A stretch of 64,000 nt of DNA from Octopus bimaculoides (GCF_001194135.2 NC_069005.1:19161260-19225259), one strand, 5' to 3'. Shown: positions 1 to 12,069, counted from the first letter of the stretch. The notes: a model not told the origin generated them from the sequence alone. Numbers and translations are program-made.

Positions 1-192
1 CACCTATGTAAAACTTCTTTTTTAACGGTTGAACTGCAACTAGGTAAAGTTATAACTAAAAGCAAATAAATATTGGGTTAGAAAAAAAGAGAAAGCTTGG
101 ATAACATCTTTAATGTTTACAGAGGATGTGAGTTCTTGTCCCACAGGCAACCTTCAACTGTTTCCATCCAAGGGTTTTTTTTTTAACACACT

Positions 193-505
193 TCATCATC
201 ATCGTTTAATGTCTGCTTTCCATGCTAGTATGGGTTGGACAATTTGACTGAGGACTGGCGAACCAGATGGCTGCACCAGGCTCCAATCTTATCTGGCAGA
301 GTTTCTACAGCTTGGTGCCCTTCCTAATGCCAACCACTCCGAGAGTGTAGTGGGTGCTTTTACGTGCCACCAGCACGAGGGCCAGTCAGGCGGTACTGGC
401 AACGGCCATGCTCAAATGGTGTTTTTTACGTGCCACCTGCACAGGAGCCAGTCCAGCGGCACTGACAACAACCTCACTCAAATGGTTTTTCACATGCCAC
501 TGTGA
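193..505 (-). mobile_element. RTE-type 3' tail retroposon (family C, (GAT)n tail)
   Basis: CATCATCATCGTTTAA...TTCCATGCTAGTATGGGTTGGAC...CCCTTCCTAATGCCAACCAC. Related copies at about 8635-8900, 11638-11880, 22920-23100, 23565-23860, 34575-34680, 55010-55120 (same orientation) and 19935-20105, 20455-20655, 26920-27095, 45850-45975, 57675-57838, 61585-61810 (opposite). Confidence 0.75.
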
Positions 506-556
506 TTTATCAATTTCAAGTTCCACCATTAAAAAGAAAAATTCCACTTCTCTCAA

Positions 557-1115
557 NNNNNNNNNNNNNNNNNNNNNNNNNNNNNNNNNNNNNNNNNNNN
601 NNNNNNNNNNNNNNNNNNNNNNNNNNNNNNNNNNNNNNNNNNNNNNNNNNNNNNNNNNNNNNNNNNNNNNNNNNNNNNNNNNNNNNNNNNNNNNNNNNNN
701 NNNNNNNNNNNNNNNNNNNNNNNNNNNNNNNNNNNNNNNNNNNNNNNNNNNNNNNNNNNNNNNNNNNNNNNNNNNNNNNNNNNNNNNNNNNNNNNNNNNN
801 NNNNNNNNNNNNNNNNNNNNNNNNNNNNNNNNNNNNNNNNNNNNNNNNNNNNNNNNNNNNNNNNNNNNNNNNNNNNNNNNNNNNNNNNNNNNNNNNNNNN
901 NNNNNNNNNNNNNNNNNNNNNNNNNNNNNNNNNNNNNNNNNNNNNNNNNNNNNNNNNNNNNNNNNNNNNNNNNNNNNNNNNNNNNNNNNNNNNNNNNNNN
1001 NNNNNNNNNNNNNNNNNNNNNNNNNNNNNNNNNNNNNNNNNNNNNNNNNNNNNNNNNNNNNNNNNNNNNNNNNNNNNNNNNNNNNNNNNNNNNNNNNNNN
1101 NNNNNNNNNNNNNNN
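557..1115. other. Assembly gap (others at about 3179-3188, 10441-10468, 22793-22892, 31290-31731, 33636-33715, 42996-43275, 51703-51780, 59745-59787, 63889-63898)
   Basis: Runs of N, mostly adjacent to (TA)n. Confidence 0.98.
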
Positions 1116-1388
1116 CTTTCTATATTAACCAAAATGAAGTAGATTGACAAATTTATTTTTTGAACCGGTTGAAGACACACGAGATGTCGAAATATCGTTC
1201 ACCAGATAACAAATGGCACTCTTCTTTTAATTTTGACTCTATATCTTCAGGAGGAGTTACCTCAATCCTTTCTATATTAACCAAAATGAAGTAGATTGAC
1301 AAATTTATTTTTTGAACCAGTTGAAGACACACGAGATGTCGAAATATCGTTCACCAGATAACAAATAGCACTCTTCTTTTAATTTTGA
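1116..1388. repeat. 152-bp tandem repeat, 1.8 near-identical copies abutting a gap
   Basis: CTTTCTATATTAACCAAAATGAAG starts at 1116 and 1268. Confidence 0.9.
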
Positions 1389-1410
1389 TATTATTATTAT
1401 TATTATTATT

Positions 1411-1620
1411 AAGGCAGCAAGCTGCACACCAAGCAAAATGCTTAGCAGTATTTTGTCTGTCAATTTCAAATTCCGCCAAGGTTGACTTTGCCTTTCATCC
1501 TTTCGGGGTCAATTAAATAAGTACTAGTTATACACTGGAGTCAATGTAATCAACTTAGCCCCTTCCCTCAAATTTCAGGTCTTATGCCTACAGTAGAAAG
1601 GATTATTATTATTATTATTT
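1411..1620 (+). mobile_element. tRNA-derived SINE, family B
   Basis: AAGGC(G)GC(G)AGCTG...TCAAATTCCGCCAAGGTTGACTTTGCCTTTCATCC (B-box-like), flanked by (ATT)n. Confidence 0.8.
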
Positions 1621-1769
1621 TCTTACGCCTTTTTGTTAAGCCTATTTTTGCTAAACTGCTAAGTTACAGGTACATTACAAACCAACATATATGATGGGCT
1701 TCTTTCTGTTTCCATCTTCTAGATTCACTCACTAGGCTTTGGTTGGCCTAGGGCTATAGTAGTATCATG

Positions 1770-2070
1770 AACTACCTGGTTTACAATACCAGTGACTAGG
1801 CCATAGCCCCTACCACCAGATGTTTTAAGCATCTCAGCAGTGATTCCTGTTGGGCCGGGGGCTTTTCCTGGCTTCATACCCTTAATTGCTTTATCTACCA
1901 GGGTTCTGTCTCTTTGGATAACTGGTCCCTCTACTGGGTCAACATTTGGCAGGCTCTCCTCCTCCTGTTCATTCTCCACATTCAGCAGTCTTTCATAATG
2001 GCTTCTCCAAGCCTCTTTCTTTTCCGAATCATTAAAAGCAAGTTACCTTATTTAGGTTAGCTTCATCAGG
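1770..2070 (-). mobile_element. RTE LINE ORF2 fragment
   Basis: Translation LPNVDPVEGP...VDKAIKGMKPGKAPGPTGITAEMLK, the K-A-P-G-P-x-G-I-x-A-E motif upstream of the RT domain. Confidence 0.85.
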
Positions 2071-2341
2071 GGCTTTGATAAAGCTAACCTAAATTATTAA
2101 AGACATTTCAGTTATGTTCATCCTATAACCCCTTTCAGTTGTAATATATCTGTTTGCATTACCCAATGTCTTGCTTTAAAAATTTTTTTTTTTAAGCTTA
2201 TCTGATTTAGCCCTTTTGTTACAATATTTTTGTTGAAATATGCCCCCTTTATTTCAATTAATTTTGAAAATACTGAAGAATTTTGGGAAATAATTTTATC
2301 ATTATTAAACTTGTGTCTGGAAATATAATAAACAGACACAA

Positions 2342-2700
2342 GAATGACTGTGTGGTAAACAGCTTGCTTCCCGGCCACATGGTTGTGAGCACCTTGGGCA
2401 AGTGTCTTCTACTATTGCCTTGGCCCAACCAAATCCTTGTGAGTGGATTTGGTAGATAGAAACTGAGAGAAACCTGTTATGTGTGTGTGTGTGTCATTGT
2501 GTCTGTGTTTATCTTCCACCACCACTTGGCAACTGGTGTTGGTGTGTTTACATCCCTGTAACTTAGCAATTCTGCAAACGAGACCTAAACAATAAATACC
2601 AGGCTTCACAAAAGGATAAGTACTGGGGTCAGTTCATTCAACAAAAGATTCCTCAAGGCGGTGCCCCAGCATGTCCACAGTCTAATGACTGAAACATGAA
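2342..2700 (+). mobile_element. tRNA-derived SINE, family A
   Basis: TGTGTGGTAA..GCTTGCTT head, CCTTGGGCAAGTGTCTTCTACTAT core, internal (TG)n, tail CCAGCATG...GACTGAAAC. Confidence 0.85.
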
Positions 2701-2734
2701 TTAGATCATTCAATCTTTTCATTACCATATTTCT

Positions 2735-2968
2735 TATTTCTTTATTGCCTACAAGGGGCTAAACATAGAGGGGACAAACAAGGACAGACAAACGGATTAA
2801 GTCGATTATATTGACCCCAGTGCGTAACTAGTACTTACTTAATCGACCCCGAAAGGATGAAAGGCAAAGTCAACCCCTGGCGGAATTTGAACTCAGAACG
2901 TAGTGGCAGACGAAATACCGCTAAGCATTTTGCCCAGCGTGGTAACGTTTCTGCCAGCTCGCCGCCTT
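2735..2968 (-). mobile_element. Young near-full-length SINE, family B
   Basis: Reverse complement AAGGCGGCGAGCTGGCAGAAACGTTACCACGCTGGGC...CTGAGTTCAAATTCCGCC; CpGs retained. Confidence 0.9.
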
Positions 2969-3036
2969 CCAATTACCATATTTCTGTTGATATACAAGCT
3001 TTGTTACAATTAATATTGAAAATATTGAAGAATAGA

Positions 3037-3468
3037 GTGGTTGTGTGGTAAGTAGCTTGCTTACCAACCACATGGTTTCGGGTTCAGTCCCACTGCATGG
3101 CACCTTGGGCAAGTGTCTTCTACTATAGCCTTGGGCTGACCAAAGCATTGTGAGTAGATTTGATAGACAGAAACTGAANNNNNNNNNNCTACTATAGCCT
3201 TGGGCTGACCAAAGCATTGTGAGTAGATTTGATAGACAGAAACTGAAAGAAGCCCATCATATATATATGTGTATGTGTCCCCCCCCCCCCTACGTCGCTT
3301 GACAACTGATGCTGATGTGTTTATGTCCCTGTACCTTAGTTGTTCAGCAAAAGAGACTGATAGTCTTTGTAAGCCTAGTACTTATTCTAAGTCCTGGGGG
3401 TCGATTTGCTTGATTAAAGGCAGTGCTCCAGCATGGCCACAGTCAAATGACTAAAACAAGTAAAAGAA
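3037..3468 (+). mobile_element. SINE family A, full length, with an assembly duplication at the 10-N gap
   Basis: GAGTGGTTGTGTGGTAAGTAGCTTGCTTACC...CAAATGACTAAAACAAGTAAAAGA. Confidence 0.9.
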
Positions 3469-4079
3469 TATTACGTTAGTATCTGGAAAAATAGATTAAC
3501 ATAAAATTTTAATGGAAGGTTATAATTTGGGTCATGTGACCTTTTCATCCTCATATTTCTCTTAATGGACAGTTTTAATTTATCCCACTAACAGGAAAGG
3601 TAGTATCATAATGTCAGGCAGGTTGGTATCAACAAGATTAAGGGGTATTTGAAGGATTAAATCCGTCATTACCCCAGCCTCTCATGGGAAAACGTCAGCT
3701 CATCAGTTTTCGAAATGAGAAGGGAGGAGAAAAATACTTTCATGAAAGTTATTTCCCTCTCATTCTATCATCATGCTCCCATTTTTGCATACTGTGTGTG
3801 TACGTGTGTACACTTACCAGCAACTGTTCATACATAAAAGCAGTGTATTGTATTATAGGCTGAAGTTATTTATTATAGTTGTTGGCCATCTTCGTTAAAG
3901 CATTACATTTCAATGTTTTCATCCTCAGTTGGGATTATTTTAAGAGTAAAATTAAGTTAGAATGAGAGGAAAACCCAATTGTTTTGACTGAATGTTTGTT
4001 CTTGCTTTTGTTATTCACTCAACTGTGAAGTAAAAACAGTACATCTAAGGATGGGCATTTTCATGTGATCTTTTGCAGG

Positions 4080-4400
4080 CCCTCATGGAGTGGGGAGTTG
4101 AATAATGATAATCAGCTTGAACATCCTGTGGGTTCCCAATTGTCAGTTATAAAACTGGGGGCAGAAAAGGAATGCCAGGAGTGGCAGGGTGGGGAGGGAG
4201 ATGAACAAGGAGAGTTTTTAGTGCAGGATCTAAGAAATGAGATACAGTAAGGCTGATGAGGAGGCGGATGTCTGTTGGGCTTGTGTGGAAGGGGATATGC
4301 CCATAGCTAATTTAGGGGTTAGTGCAGCAGCAGCAGCAACATATGAGCCCAGAGAGAAATAAAAGCAAGCACAGTGGTTGAACCTGCAGTTATGAGGTGG
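4080..4400 (-). mobile_element. Decayed CR1/L2-type LINE 3' region
   Basis: Minus-strand reading ...PYCISFLRSCTK...WHSF, resembling the HPY-x-V...RT...LWNSLP C-terminus of CR1 ORF2; purine-rich on +. Confidence 0.45.
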
Positions 4401-4444
4401 GGAGACAAGAGAAGGAATGTTTTTACTAATCAGTAGAATGTGTA

Positions 4445-4785
4445 TCTTTTATTTGTTTCACTCATTTGACTACGGCCATGCTAGGGCACTGCCTTGAAGG
4501 GTTTAGTCAAACAAATCAACCCCCAAGATTTATTTCTTTAAGTCTAGTACTTCTTTTATTGATCTATTTTGCCAAACTGCTAAGTTATGGAGACATAAAC
4601 ACACCATCACCGGTTGTCCAGCAATGGTGGAGGATAAACACAGACACACACACATAGATATATGCATATGTGTGTGTGTATGATGGGCTTCTTTCAGTTT
4701 CCGTCTACCAAATCCACTCACAAGGCTTTGGGACTGAACCCCCAGAATGATGTGGCTGGAAAACAAGCTCCTTACCATACATGGT
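4445..4785 (-). mobile_element. SINE family A
   Basis: Reverse complement of family A tail and core. Confidence 0.85.
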
Positions 4786-4894
4786 CTGCAAGATTCTCGA
4801 TGTGTTGAAACAGATTTTGTTGTATCTTGGGACATCATTGCACCAATAATAAACACATGCACTGATTCAATTTCACTTTGTTATTATTATTATT

Positions 4895-6020
4895 AAGGTG
4901 GTGAGCTGGCAGAATTGTTTCTATGATGGGAAAAATGCATAGCAGCATTTCAACCATCTTTACATTCTGATTTCAAATTCCACCAAGGTTGACTTAGCCT
5001 TTCATCCTTTCAAGACCGATAAAATAAGTACCAGTTATGCACTGGGTTCAATGTAATCAACTTATTCCCACCCCCCAAAATTTCAAGCCTTGTGCATATA
5101 GTAGAAAAGATTATTATTATATTTATTATTCAATTGCTAAGCTATTTAACCAACTAACTAATCGTTTGATCTGTCATTCAATTAGTCAGTCATGTTTGCC
5201 AAAGCTCCTTTCCTTGCCATTTGCGACCTCTTCATTGACATACTCTCTCTACTCCAGGGTAGCTTCATCCTTGGTATGATGAGCTGTTCCTCAATTTGGA
5301 TTTTTAGTTTTGTACAGACTCAGCAACATGTCAGATCAGGTTTGGACTACTGTTATTAGTCAGTAGATTGTAAATCTGTTTGTATAAGTATTTACTTTCT
5401 CATGGTTTTATATTTTATCGAAAATATTAAATTGCCAAAAAAAAAAAAACAAACTAAAGATGCATGAACTATGTTAAAACTTTTAGAATTAAGGGAATAA
5501 AATAACCTAAGAAATCTGTTGGGTTCATACCTCAAAAACAGATTTCTCTTTATTATTTATTCTGATTTGAAGGTGGCGAGCTGGCTGAATTGTTAGCATG
5601 CTGGACAAAATGCTTATCAGCATTTCATCCATCTTTACATTTTGAGTTCAAATTCTGCCAAGGTTGACTTTGCCTTTCATCCTTTCAGGGTTTATGAAGT
5701 AAGTATCATTTGAGCCCTGGGGTCAATGTAATTGACTTACCCTCTTCCACCAGACTTGCTAGTCCTGTGTCAAAATTTGAAATCATAAATTTTAATTTGA
5801 AGATGGTGAGCTGGCTGAATCATTAGCATGCTGGACAAAATGCTTATTGGTATTTTGTCTTCTTTTTGTTCTGAGTTCAAATTCCTCCAAGGTCGACTTT
5901 GCCTTTCATTCTTTTGGGGTAGATGAAATAAGTACTAGTCCAACACTGGGGTTGATGTAATCAACTACACCCTACTCTCGAAACTTTCAGGCCTTGTCCT
6001 TATAATAGAGAGGATTATTT
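4895..6020 (+). mobile_element. Three same-orientation family B SINEs (4895-5130, 5571-5800, 5800-6020)
   Basis: Each begins (A)AG(G/A)TGG(T/C)GAGCTGGC and contains TCAAATT...GACTT(T/A)GCCTTTCAT. Confidence 0.85.
5328..5339 (+). CDS. Candidate start-codon exon (exon 5318-5339, encodes MSDQ, ends phase 0)
   Basis: TTTTGTACAG|ACTCAGCAAC ATG TCA GAT CAG|GTTTGG; would splice in frame to 16804. Splice motifs only. Confidence 0.25.
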
Positions 6021-6352
6021 TGATTTAACTTTAGTTGGCTTTCAATTGTTCTGAAGAGGTAGCCATTTTAAACTGTGGAAGGTAACAATTTCCCCACCCA
6101 CTTTGAAACTAATGTTATATTTGTCACCATCAGGGATTGTGAGGTTTAACATTTGTAATAACTTTAAAGGTTTCATAATATTGTTGCTATTTAGCCCCAG
6201 GCCAGGCCTGATCAAACTGTGACCATTCTCATCTTTTTAGAGGTGGTTATCTCCAACTCTACTATCCAATATGTCTTTCTTCTTTTAAGGTGGTGGATGG
6301 AATTTGAGAGTTTTGGTTGCTATTTCCCGTAGGTCAGATGATCATGTAAAAC

Positions 6353-7233
6353 TGGTTCTCAACTGGGGTACATATGGCCCCTGGGCTTCACATAAGATTT
6401 TGTTGTTAAGATTTATGTGCAATAAATCTACTCTAATAATATTCTTGTGTTTTTCTCCACCACAACATTTGAATGAAAAAGGAAGAGGTGATGGCAAACT
6501 TGTAGTGGGATGATGGAAATTCTACAGTGAAAAAAAATGAAACAGCGTTTTAACTCTGTGTGTGTATGTAAAAGGGATGTATGTGAATATTTGAGTGTGT
6601 GTGTGTGTGTGTGTATATGTGTACAATAGAAGTGAGATGGTAAACATTCAACGCTGAAAAGAAAAATCAAACAGCGTTTCAACTCTGTGTGAGTATATGT
6701 GTGTGTAAGGGAAGTGTGTGAATGTATGTGTGAACCGGTGTTCTTTCGGTAACAAGCAATGATCAAAGTCACATCTCAAAAGACAACCACTAGACAACAT
6801 TGACAAGTGTATTAATTTGATTTACCATGCATATTCTACGTGTTTTGTTAAAGATAATTACACAAACATATACCTATACAAACTCATTAGAGAAAATAAT
6901 TATTGCCTGAGTGTATCAAGAATATAAAACGACTGCAGTTGAAAGGTATATTATAAATTTGGTAATAAAAGAATTATTAAACCAAAAACTTGGTTTTGTA
7001 CCTTATTTATATATAAAATACTACAATTAGCTGTCATTTTTGGTGGCATGAGGGCCAGCTTGTTGGTTATATTTCTACAATACGCAAAATGTTTTTTAAT
7101 TTTTTTAATACAATTCCTAATACTTAATTATAAAAATACAGTAAGATTTGTTTTTCTATATACGGCCAATGGTTCAGGAGGTCCAGTAGAGTAAAAATAG
7201 GAAACAAAGGGATTCATAGGTTGAGAGCCACTG
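6353..7233. mobile_element. hAT-Charlie-like MITE ends separated by inserted sequence
   Basis: ACTGGTTCTCAACTGGGG at 6353 and GGTTGAGAGCCACTG ending 7233; the left part matches CAGTGGTTCTCAACC...GATTTTGTTGTTAA at 22231. Confidence 0.5.
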
Positions 7234-7438
7234 AGTAAAACAAGTATAGGTAACACTTTTTGAGAGGCAGGCTGCATGAGATAGGGCTCTTCATCAGGCA
7301 GGCTGCACTACTAAAAAGAATTAGGCAAATGTTATTTTCCTCATGGAACTAGGCATGTCATTTAGGAAGTTCAACAGGCCACAGTCTGCCTATGATTGAG
7401 GTAAAGGCTTGCTATTGTGGTGGTGGTGGCAGCAGCGA

Positions 7439-7485
<47 letters not shown>

Positions 7486-7799
7486 CGTGGGCGCAGTGAA
7501 ACATTTATGTGACTTTCTTTCAACTGACTGGATGTAAAATGGTGATGTAAAATGACTATCATTAGATTAATTAGAAATGGATTAATTGCTTTCAATTTTT
7601 TCATCTAATAAATTATTGCATTCACTGATTGAATCAAATTATTATTATTTTCTTTTTTTTTTTTTTTCCTTCCTCGTGTGAAAGATGTGATTTAGATTTC
7701 ATGTTTAGGATCTTATGAAATGGCAAAGTAGAGATTCTTGAAGTTTTGTATTGATATCAACAAGGATTGATTTCAAATGTGTCCCTTCTTTATTGGTGT

Positions 7800-8300
7800 G
7801 TGGACATATATCAGTCTTGATATGTGTGTGAGCCTTGAAGTGTATGTGTGAGAGAGAGAGAGAGAGAGGGAGGGGGAGAGGGAGTCTTTGATGGGGTACT
7901 ATTCTTGTGTGTGTGTTCATCTTGCATTCGGTGATAATCTGTGTGTGTAAGAGTGGGAGGGGGTAGGTTCAGTGTCTTTATGTGTCTCACTGTCTTTGTA
8001 TGTGTACATTGGTGTCTTTTTGTGTAGGTGCACATTGGTGTCTTTTTGTGTAGGTGCACATTGGTGTATATGTGCATGCCAGAGTGTGTGCGTGTGTGTA
8101 TCAGTGTCTTTGTGTATGTATGTTGGTGTCTTTTTGGAGTTGGAAGGGTGTGTGTGTACATGCGTCAGTATCTTGGCATGTATGTACTTATGTTGGTGTC
8201 TTGGTGTATGTGTGTGTTGGAGGGTATAAGTTGTCAGACTGTGTGTGTGTGTATTGGCAAGTATGAGTGGGTGTGGCACGTAAAATTCTTTGTGTGTCAG
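7800..8300. repeat. Compound (GA)n/(GT)-rich low-complexity array with a 26-bp unit
   Basis: CATTGGTGTCTTTTTGTGTAGGTGCA repeated tandemly at about 8007-8065. Confidence 0.85.
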
Positions 8301-9309
8301 GATGTGGGGGCGTGCATTTAGTTTTAACCAGTAGCTAATAAACATTAAAGTTAATATGCAAGTTTATAGCGGATAAAAACTTCTTCGTGGCATCACTTTG
8401 GATTTACTCTTTGAAATTGTCTTCACTGGAATTTTAGTCTTGTTCACAGTCATTTCAAAGATGATATAAATGGAATGTTGATCCAAACAAATGATGGATT
8501 ATGGTATATCTGTGTTCAAAGAGTGTGTGTGCATGTGTGTTTGTGGTTAAGAAGTTTGCTTTCCAACTACATGCTTCTGGATTCAGTCCTGCTGCATGGA
8601 TTTGGTCAGTGGAAACTGAAAGAAACCCATTGATGTCATCATCATTTAACATCTGTTTTCCATGCTGGCTCAGGTTGGACAGTTTGACAGGAACAGGGGG
8701 AGCCAGGAGCTGCACCAGGCTTTTGTTTGTTTTGACATGGCTTCTATGGCTGGCTACCCTTCCTAATGCCAACCATTTTAAAGAGTGTACTGGATGCTTT
8801 TTACATGACACAAGTGGGGTTACCATGTAGCTTGCAAGGCCAGAGACCTCACAGCTGAGAGAGGGAGTGGAACCAAGAGAAGTGGCTGAGTACCAGGCAA
8901 GAGGTTAGAGATAGTTGTATTACTATTGAAGAGATACTTCACTGTAGGGGTTGGAGAACAGCCTTTATATCCTACTGAACATGGATGTATTATAGGAGTG
9001 CCATAATACTGCAGTATTTATCTTGAGAAATTCTCTCATTTAGGTGACTAATGTATAAAGACACAGAGATGTCAATGGCAGGCAGGAAATGTCAAGCACT
9101 AAAGACAGAACTGTTGTATCACATGATTTTAGTGTGTCTTATGCCTTACCAGCAACACGTGTCCGCTAATCTCACATCCACCAATATATGGAGAACCAGG
9201 AACTATTCAGCCACTTGTGTTGCTAACAACTGGTCCAATGAAAGCTAATGGGCCAAAATTTCAAAGTAACTGTCAACACTTTCCTTGTAAAAGTATAATT
9301 AATGTGTGT

Positions 9310-9540
9310 GTGTGCATATGCATGTCACTTTATTTTGTGTATTTGTTGTAAATGAATGTCATTCATTTCCAGTATTCTGCAAAAATATGTCTGGCCATGA
9401 AGAAATATTACCTTGCTTGGAATCTGGTGAGGGTTGGTAACAAGATGGGCTTCTGACCATAGAAAACCTACCTCAACAAATTCTGTCTGACCCATGCAAG
9501 TACGGAAAAGTGGAAGTTAAAACAATAGTGATAATGATGA
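9310..9540 (+). mobile_element. Retroposon family D ((GAT)n-tailed)
   Basis: AAATATTACCTTGCTTGG...GACCCATGCAAG...GAAAAGTGG; related copies 34700-34945, 58035-58250, 58610-58870 (-) and 60545-60815 (+). Confidence 0.7.
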
Positions 9541-10157
9541 TGGTAATACTGATGTCCTACAGAATGGAATTTGAACAGTGTATTTATTCTCTGAGCTAGA
9601 AACATAGGCATTCTAATAATTAAGGTTCATTATTGGTTGCTTTATGAAGGAAACTGTTTGGTACATTAGTAATAAAACTATTTGTTTAATGTGAGTTAGA
9701 TTGAGTAGTTTGAGTATAAATGCAGAACAAACTACCATCAAACTGATTTAGGAATCATTTTAGAATGAATACTCAAGTAGATATATAATCAAAGGTGTTC
9801 AGGTTGATGATTGCCCCATGATGAAGGCAGACTGTGCTAAACATCAAAAACAAACCAACATAAAAACCACTATGTGGTCACTTGAGCAGCTAGAAATATC
9901 AGCTGAACATCTCTCAAATCACCCTGCCACCATTTGAAAGCAGAAAGATAAAATAAAAGGTACATTGGGTAATACAGCAAGACATAGATAAGTCTTAAAT
10001 ATAAAATGGGATAACCACCAGCTTGAACATCCTTCATCATAAACCTACTTAAGTGGTTGACTCAGTGCTAAACAGGTTCTTTCTAAAGGGATTCCTAAAC
10101 CCATCTGGCAGGAGTTCTACATTCACGCTCAAACTAAACAAGCTATTTTTAACTCTC

Positions 10158-10840
10158 TTAACTCTTTAGTATTCAGAATAATCTGCCAAATGCAATGCTT
10201 ATGCTCTCTCTCTTTTACTTGTTTCAGTCATTTGACTGTGGCCATGCTGGAGCACCGCCTTTAGTCGAACAAATCGAGCCCGGGACTTATTCTTTGTAAG
10301 CCTAGTACTTATTCTATCGGTCTCTTTTGCCGAACCGCTAAGTGACAGGGACATAAACACACCAGCATCGGTTGTCAAGCAATGCTAGGGGGACAAACAC
10401 AGACACACAAACACATACACACAAACACATACACACACACNNNNNNNNNNNNNNNNNNNNNNNNNNNNATATATATATATATACACACATATATACGACG
10501 GGCTTCTTTCAGTTTCCGTCTACCAAATCCACTCACAAGGCTTTGGTCGGCCCGAGGCTATAGTAGAAGACACAATTGCCCAAGGTGCCACGCAGTGGGA
10601 CTGAACCCGGAACTATGTGGTTGGTAAGCAAGGTACTTACCACACAGCCACTCCTGCGCATTCACATTGTTTTGAATTAATCATGCAGTATCTCATAGCT
10701 TTGGGATCTTGATGGTATGATTATTTATTTTTAGAATGACATTGTAGAGTAAGCGTGAAAGGCCAGATCTGACCAGTTTGAACATAAAACAGGTAGCATG
10801 TTTGAGCCAGATGCAGCTGGTTTAAATATTAAAGGGTTAA
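10158..10840. mobile_element. TTAA-flanked (piggyBac-like) MITE interrupted by a SINE
   Basis: TTAACTCTTTAG...AAAGGGTTAA; colinear with uninterrupted copies at 19502-19730 and 62202-62423. Confidence 0.75.
10212..10658 (-). mobile_element. Young full-length SINE family A nested in the MITE
   Basis: Near-consensus with CpGs retained; ends CACACAGCCACTCCTGC. Confidence 0.9.
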
Positions 10841-11247
10841 GGCTTACTTAGACTCTCCTACAGTGAGACTTGTCTTTACTACATAAGTCACTGGATTAAC
10901 CTATCAGGGGATACCCCCGGTTAACCTATCAGTAGGTGGCAGACTTGATCCATTATCTGGTTTAACACTATTGTGTGGCCCTTGCTTGCCTTTAATCAAG
11001 AGTCCATTCTTCTGTTGGAAGCAATCAGAGTTAGTCTCTGATATCTTTGTAAACAATAGAAATGTGTGTGTGTTTACAAACAAGTGTTATGTTGTCATTG
11101 AATGTTCATTTGTTAAAAATTCTATTTTAGTTAAAAAATATTTGATATATTAGAACTGTGTGTAGGAGCCTTATTGTTAGGGTCCATGTGAATGGAAGGC
11201 ACACTCTTCTGTTAGTGGAGTTGGTTGAGCTGGATTCTTTTATTTTT

Positions 11248-11597
11248 TCACTTGTTTCAGTCATTTGACTGCGGCCATGCTGGAGCACTGCCTTTGGTCG
11301 AACAAATCGACCCCAGGACTTATTCTTTGTTAGCCTAGTACTTATTCTATTGGGTCTCTTTTGCTGAACTGCTAAGTTACGAGGACATAAACACAGTAGC
11401 ATCAGTTGTCAAGCGATGTTGGACACACACACACATATGACAGGCTTCTTTCAGTTTCCGTCTACCAAATCCACTCACAAGGCTTTGGTCAGCCTGAGGC
11501 TATAGTAGAAGACACTTGCCCAAGGTGCCATGCAGTGGTACTGAACCTGGAACCATGTAGTTGGTAAGCAAGCCACTTACCACACAGCCACTCCTGC
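11248..11597 (-). mobile_element. SINE family A
   Basis: CTTGTTTCAGTCATTTGACTGCGGCCATGCTGGAGC...CACACAGCCACTCCTGC. Confidence 0.9.
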
Positions 11598-12069
11598 CAA
11601 AATTTTTCTGGCAGTTGATAAAAGCAACATTCCTCTGTATCATCATCATTTAATGTCCATTTTCCATGCTGGCATGGGTTGGACAGTATGACAGGAGCTG
11701 GCGAGCAAGGGGACTGTGCCAAGCTTTGACATTGTTTCTATGGCTAGATGCCCTTCCTAATGCCAACCGCTCTACAGAGTGTCCTGGGTGCTTTTTATGT
11801 AGCACTGGCACCAAGTAACTTGTAAGACCCCTCAACTGAGGCTAGTGTAGTATTGAGGGAGTTGGCTTTATGCCATGTGATGAAGGAGTTAAAAGTAAAA
11901 ATGATAATAAGGGTTATATCTTCAAGACCAGCTGGAATCTCTCTACATATCCAGAATGCCAGAAATACTGCATAAAACTTTATTTTTAATACTTCATTGT
12001 GATGTTTGTATATCTTAGCTAGAATCCTTTTTATTTTGGGAACAGATTATCTTGTTTGTTTGTTTGTGG

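Noticed and set aside
354-1180. Long ORFs spanning N gaps (also 22570-23125, 31117-31866, 42896-43340, 51544-51918)
   Set aside because: Open only because N runs translate as X.
1116-1267. Hammerhead-like words (TGAAGA, GAAA) in the 152-bp repeat
   Set aside because: Core nucleotides and stems II/III cannot be assembled on either strand.
3121-3247. Exact duplication of about 58 nt either side of a 10-N gap
   Set aside because: Typical contig-overlap artefact inside a SINE.
4079-4246. Apparent 168-nt symmetric exon (GCAG|...ACA|GTAAGG)
   Set aside because: Lies antisense to a decayed CR1-like fragment; phase 2-2 does not fit the supported exons.
7811-8345. HT/VC/YI-rich ORFs here and at 13651-14574 and 41428-41937
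   Set aside because: Translations of (CA)n, (TG)n, (TA)n and minisatellite DNA; no splice or domain support.
8450-8503. 54-nt candidate exon HFKDDINGMLIQTNDGL, and a similar 39-nt candidate at 63727-63765
   Set aside because: Open only in phase 2, incompatible with neighbouring supported exons; motif evidence only.
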